This document shows, one piece after another, positions 5,991 through 7,773 of a stretch of DNA of 7,773 nt (position 1 is the stretch's first letter; each line of letters starts with the position of its first letter). Under the pieces are notes generated by a model. The model ran no database searches. It saw nothing but the letters and a program-made list of their open reading frames with translations, and was not told the origin of the DNA. Both the position numbers and the translations under genes were made by a program. Source of the stretch: Octopus sinensis (taxonomy: Eukaryota); assembly GCF_006345805.1 (NCBI RefSeq), contig NW_021828782.1, forward strand, positions 1 through 7,773, written 5' to 3'.

Positions 5991-7080
5991 TTGTTGTTGT
6001 TGTTGCTGTTGCTGTTGTTACGGATCGGGTCAAGAACTGTGATGAAGAGACCTTCCATGGCGACCATCCTCTCCTTTCTCCAGATATAGTCATTGTCTAT
6101 CTTGGCCTACATTTTCTAATGTGTCCTTCCTTGTTATTGCAGTTGTTGTTGTTACTTAAATCTAGGTCAGTCCTGATGCCGCAGACTTATAATCAAAGAC
6201 GTTCCATTTGTGACCATCCTGTCTTTTATTCAGACACTATTGTATCTATGACTACTTTATCTAATTCCTTGTTGTTGTAGTTGTTATTGTGGCATAAAAC
6301 TAGGTCAGACGTTCCATTTGTGACCATCCTGTCTTTTATTCAGGCATAGTGTATCTTGGCCTACATTATCTAATGTACCCTTCCTTGTTGTTAAACCCCG
6401 GGTTAGTCCTGATCCAGGCAGACCTATGATCAAAGACGTTCCAATTGTGACCATCCTGTTTTTTATCCAAACCTAGTGTATCTAGGACTACATTATCTAA
6501 TGTGTCCTTCATGTTATTGCAGTTGTTGTTGTTGATTAAATCTAGGTCAGTCTTGATTCCGCAGGCGTTCCATTGGTGACCATCCTGTCTTTTATTCAGA
6601 CATTGTGTATCTGGGAATACATTATCTAATGTGCCATCCCTTGTTGTTGTTGTTGTTGTTGTTGTTGTTGCATAAAACAAGGTCAGTTCTGATCCCGCAG
6701 ACCTATAATGAAAGACTTTCCATTTGTGACCACCCTGTCTTTTATTCAGACATTGTGTATCTAGGACTACATTATCTAATGTGAACATCTTTGTTATTTC
6801 AATTATTGGTGTTGTTGTTATTGTTTAAAACTAGGTTAATCTTGATCCAGCAGACTTAAGATCAAAGGCGCTCCAGCTGTGACCATCCTGTCTTTAATAC
6901 AGCTAGTGTATCTAGGACAACTTTATCTAAAGTGTCTTTCCTTGTTAATGAAGCTATTTAGCCCCAGGTCAGTTTTGATCCAGCAGACCTATGATCAAAT
7001 CTGCTCCATTCGTGACCATCCTGTCTTTTATTCATAGTGTACCTAGGACTACAATTATCTAATGTATCCTTCCTTGTTGT
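5990..7080 (-). repeat. Diverged tandem array of 8 units (110-153 bp), most separated by (TTG)n; each unit resembles a retroposon 3' end with a (CAA)n tail
   Basis: Anchor GACCA(T/C)CCT at 6062, 6212, 6322, 6449, 6578, 6728, 6881 and 7014; consensus TAGGTCAGTYYTGATCCAGCAGACCTATGATCAAAGACGTTCCA.TTGTGACCATCCTGTCTTTTATTCAGACATAGTGTATCTAGGACTACATTATCTAATGTG. The retroposon-tail origin is inference. Confidence 0.9.
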
Positions 7081-7108
7081 GTTTAGCCCCTTGTGGGCAA
7101 TAAAGAAA
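7078..7108 (+). mobile_element. Extreme 3' tail fragment of SINE family B
   Basis: TGTGTTTAGCCCCTTGTGGG (7078-7097) is identical to 3525-3544 and is followed by an AATAAAGAAA tail. Confidence 0.75.
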
Positions 7109-7507
7109 TCTTTATATATAAAACTGAGGTTGTGTGTCTGTCTCCTTCGATTTAGATTCCTAACTACTCCCACATTTTGCGGTGCAGTTTAACCAAAACT
7201 GGGTATCTTATAGTCGTTATTCATATCGAGCCCTTCTGGGTATTAGCGCGCGTCTACGATGAGTCTACGATTTAAAAAAAAAATTACCATCATTTTTTCC
7301 CATTTTAATGCATTTTTTTCGCTATTATATAAGGGAAGTAACTCTCTAAAAATGTCCACGATGAATGAACGATTAAAAAAAAAATTTACCATATTTTTTT
7401 TTCCATTTTTAATGCATTTTTTTGCTATTTTTTGGGCTATAACTCTCTAAAAACGCTTTATAGTTATTTCCCTTACAAACCCGAGCAACGCCGGGCGATA
7501 CTGCTAG
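7109..7507 (+). mobile_element. Non-autonomous Helitron
   Basis: Canonical termini: 5' TC (TCTTTATATATAAAA) after target A7108; 3' GC-rich imperfect hairpin CCCG(A)GC-AAC-GC-CGGG (7480-7495), 8 nt, then CTAG (7504-7507) before target T7508; no TSD; internal duplication 7267-7354 / 7369-7455. Confidence 0.82.
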
Positions 7508-7517
7508 TAAAAAATAA

Positions 7518-7773
7518 GATATCAGTGTTCAGCCTGAGGCTCTCAGGGAAGATATGGGATAGCATGACGTCACTTTCGCTACCGACCCCGGCTGTCGCAG
7601 GTAGTTTCGTCTCCGTGATTGTGGGCACGACCTTGGATGAGACAGCGCGCCACCTGTTGGTCTGATCTTCCAGTCTTGTAAGAAATTCTTCTCATCCGAG
7701 AAGAACTACAGCACGTCTGGCCTCAGCGGGTATTTCAACCTGTGGGTCACCTTGAGTCGCTTTTCTTGCATCG
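7518..7773 (-). pseudogene. Tc1/mariner-superfamily transposase fragment (probably maT/DD37D-like), degenerate
   Basis: Minus strand: ...LKYPLRPDVL*FFSDEKNFLQD (TAG where W is expected; contains the first catalytic D), frameshift, then QTNRWRAVSSKVVPTITETKLP...SDVMLSHIFPESLRLNTD. Later catalytic residues are not in view, so the subfamily is tentative. Confidence 0.8.

Noticed and set aside
5990-7080. CRISPR array, and the 140-aa ORF 6366-6788
   Set aside because: Conserved parts are long and diverged while spacers are microsatellites, the reverse of CRISPR architecture; there are no cas genes and the context is eukaryotic. The ORF merely translates the repeat units.
7432-7665. Plus-strand 77-aa ORF
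   Set aside because: It spans the Helitron end and the antisense of the transposase; the recognisable protein similarity is on the minus strand.

Overview
Repeat-dense eukaryotic DNA, most likely an octopus/coleoid cephalopod genome (inferred from recognisable tRNA-derived SINE families; not database-checked). No intact protein-coding gene, RNA gene or CRISPR array is present, and most listed ORFs are microsatellite or antisense artefacts. Left to right: a perfect 27-bp hairpin fused to (GATA)n; an opposing (TATC)n block; the decayed N-terminal part of an R4/Dong-like non-LTR retrotransposon ORF (~1332-3710), broken by a SINE with a 12-bp TSD, a 199-bp inverted copy of its own 5' part and a tandem-trimer SINE; three more SINE copies; a CpG-rich segment with a palindromic double ETS site and a candidate minus-strand first exon (ATG GAT AAA G|GTGAGA); an 8-unit diverged tandem array with (TTG)n spacers; a non-autonomous Helitron; and a broken Tc1/mariner transposase. 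I cannot support a clearly new biological system. The best leads are the inverted duplication that starts exactly at a SINE TSD edge, the candidate promoter/first exon, the structured tandem array and the perfect hairpin.
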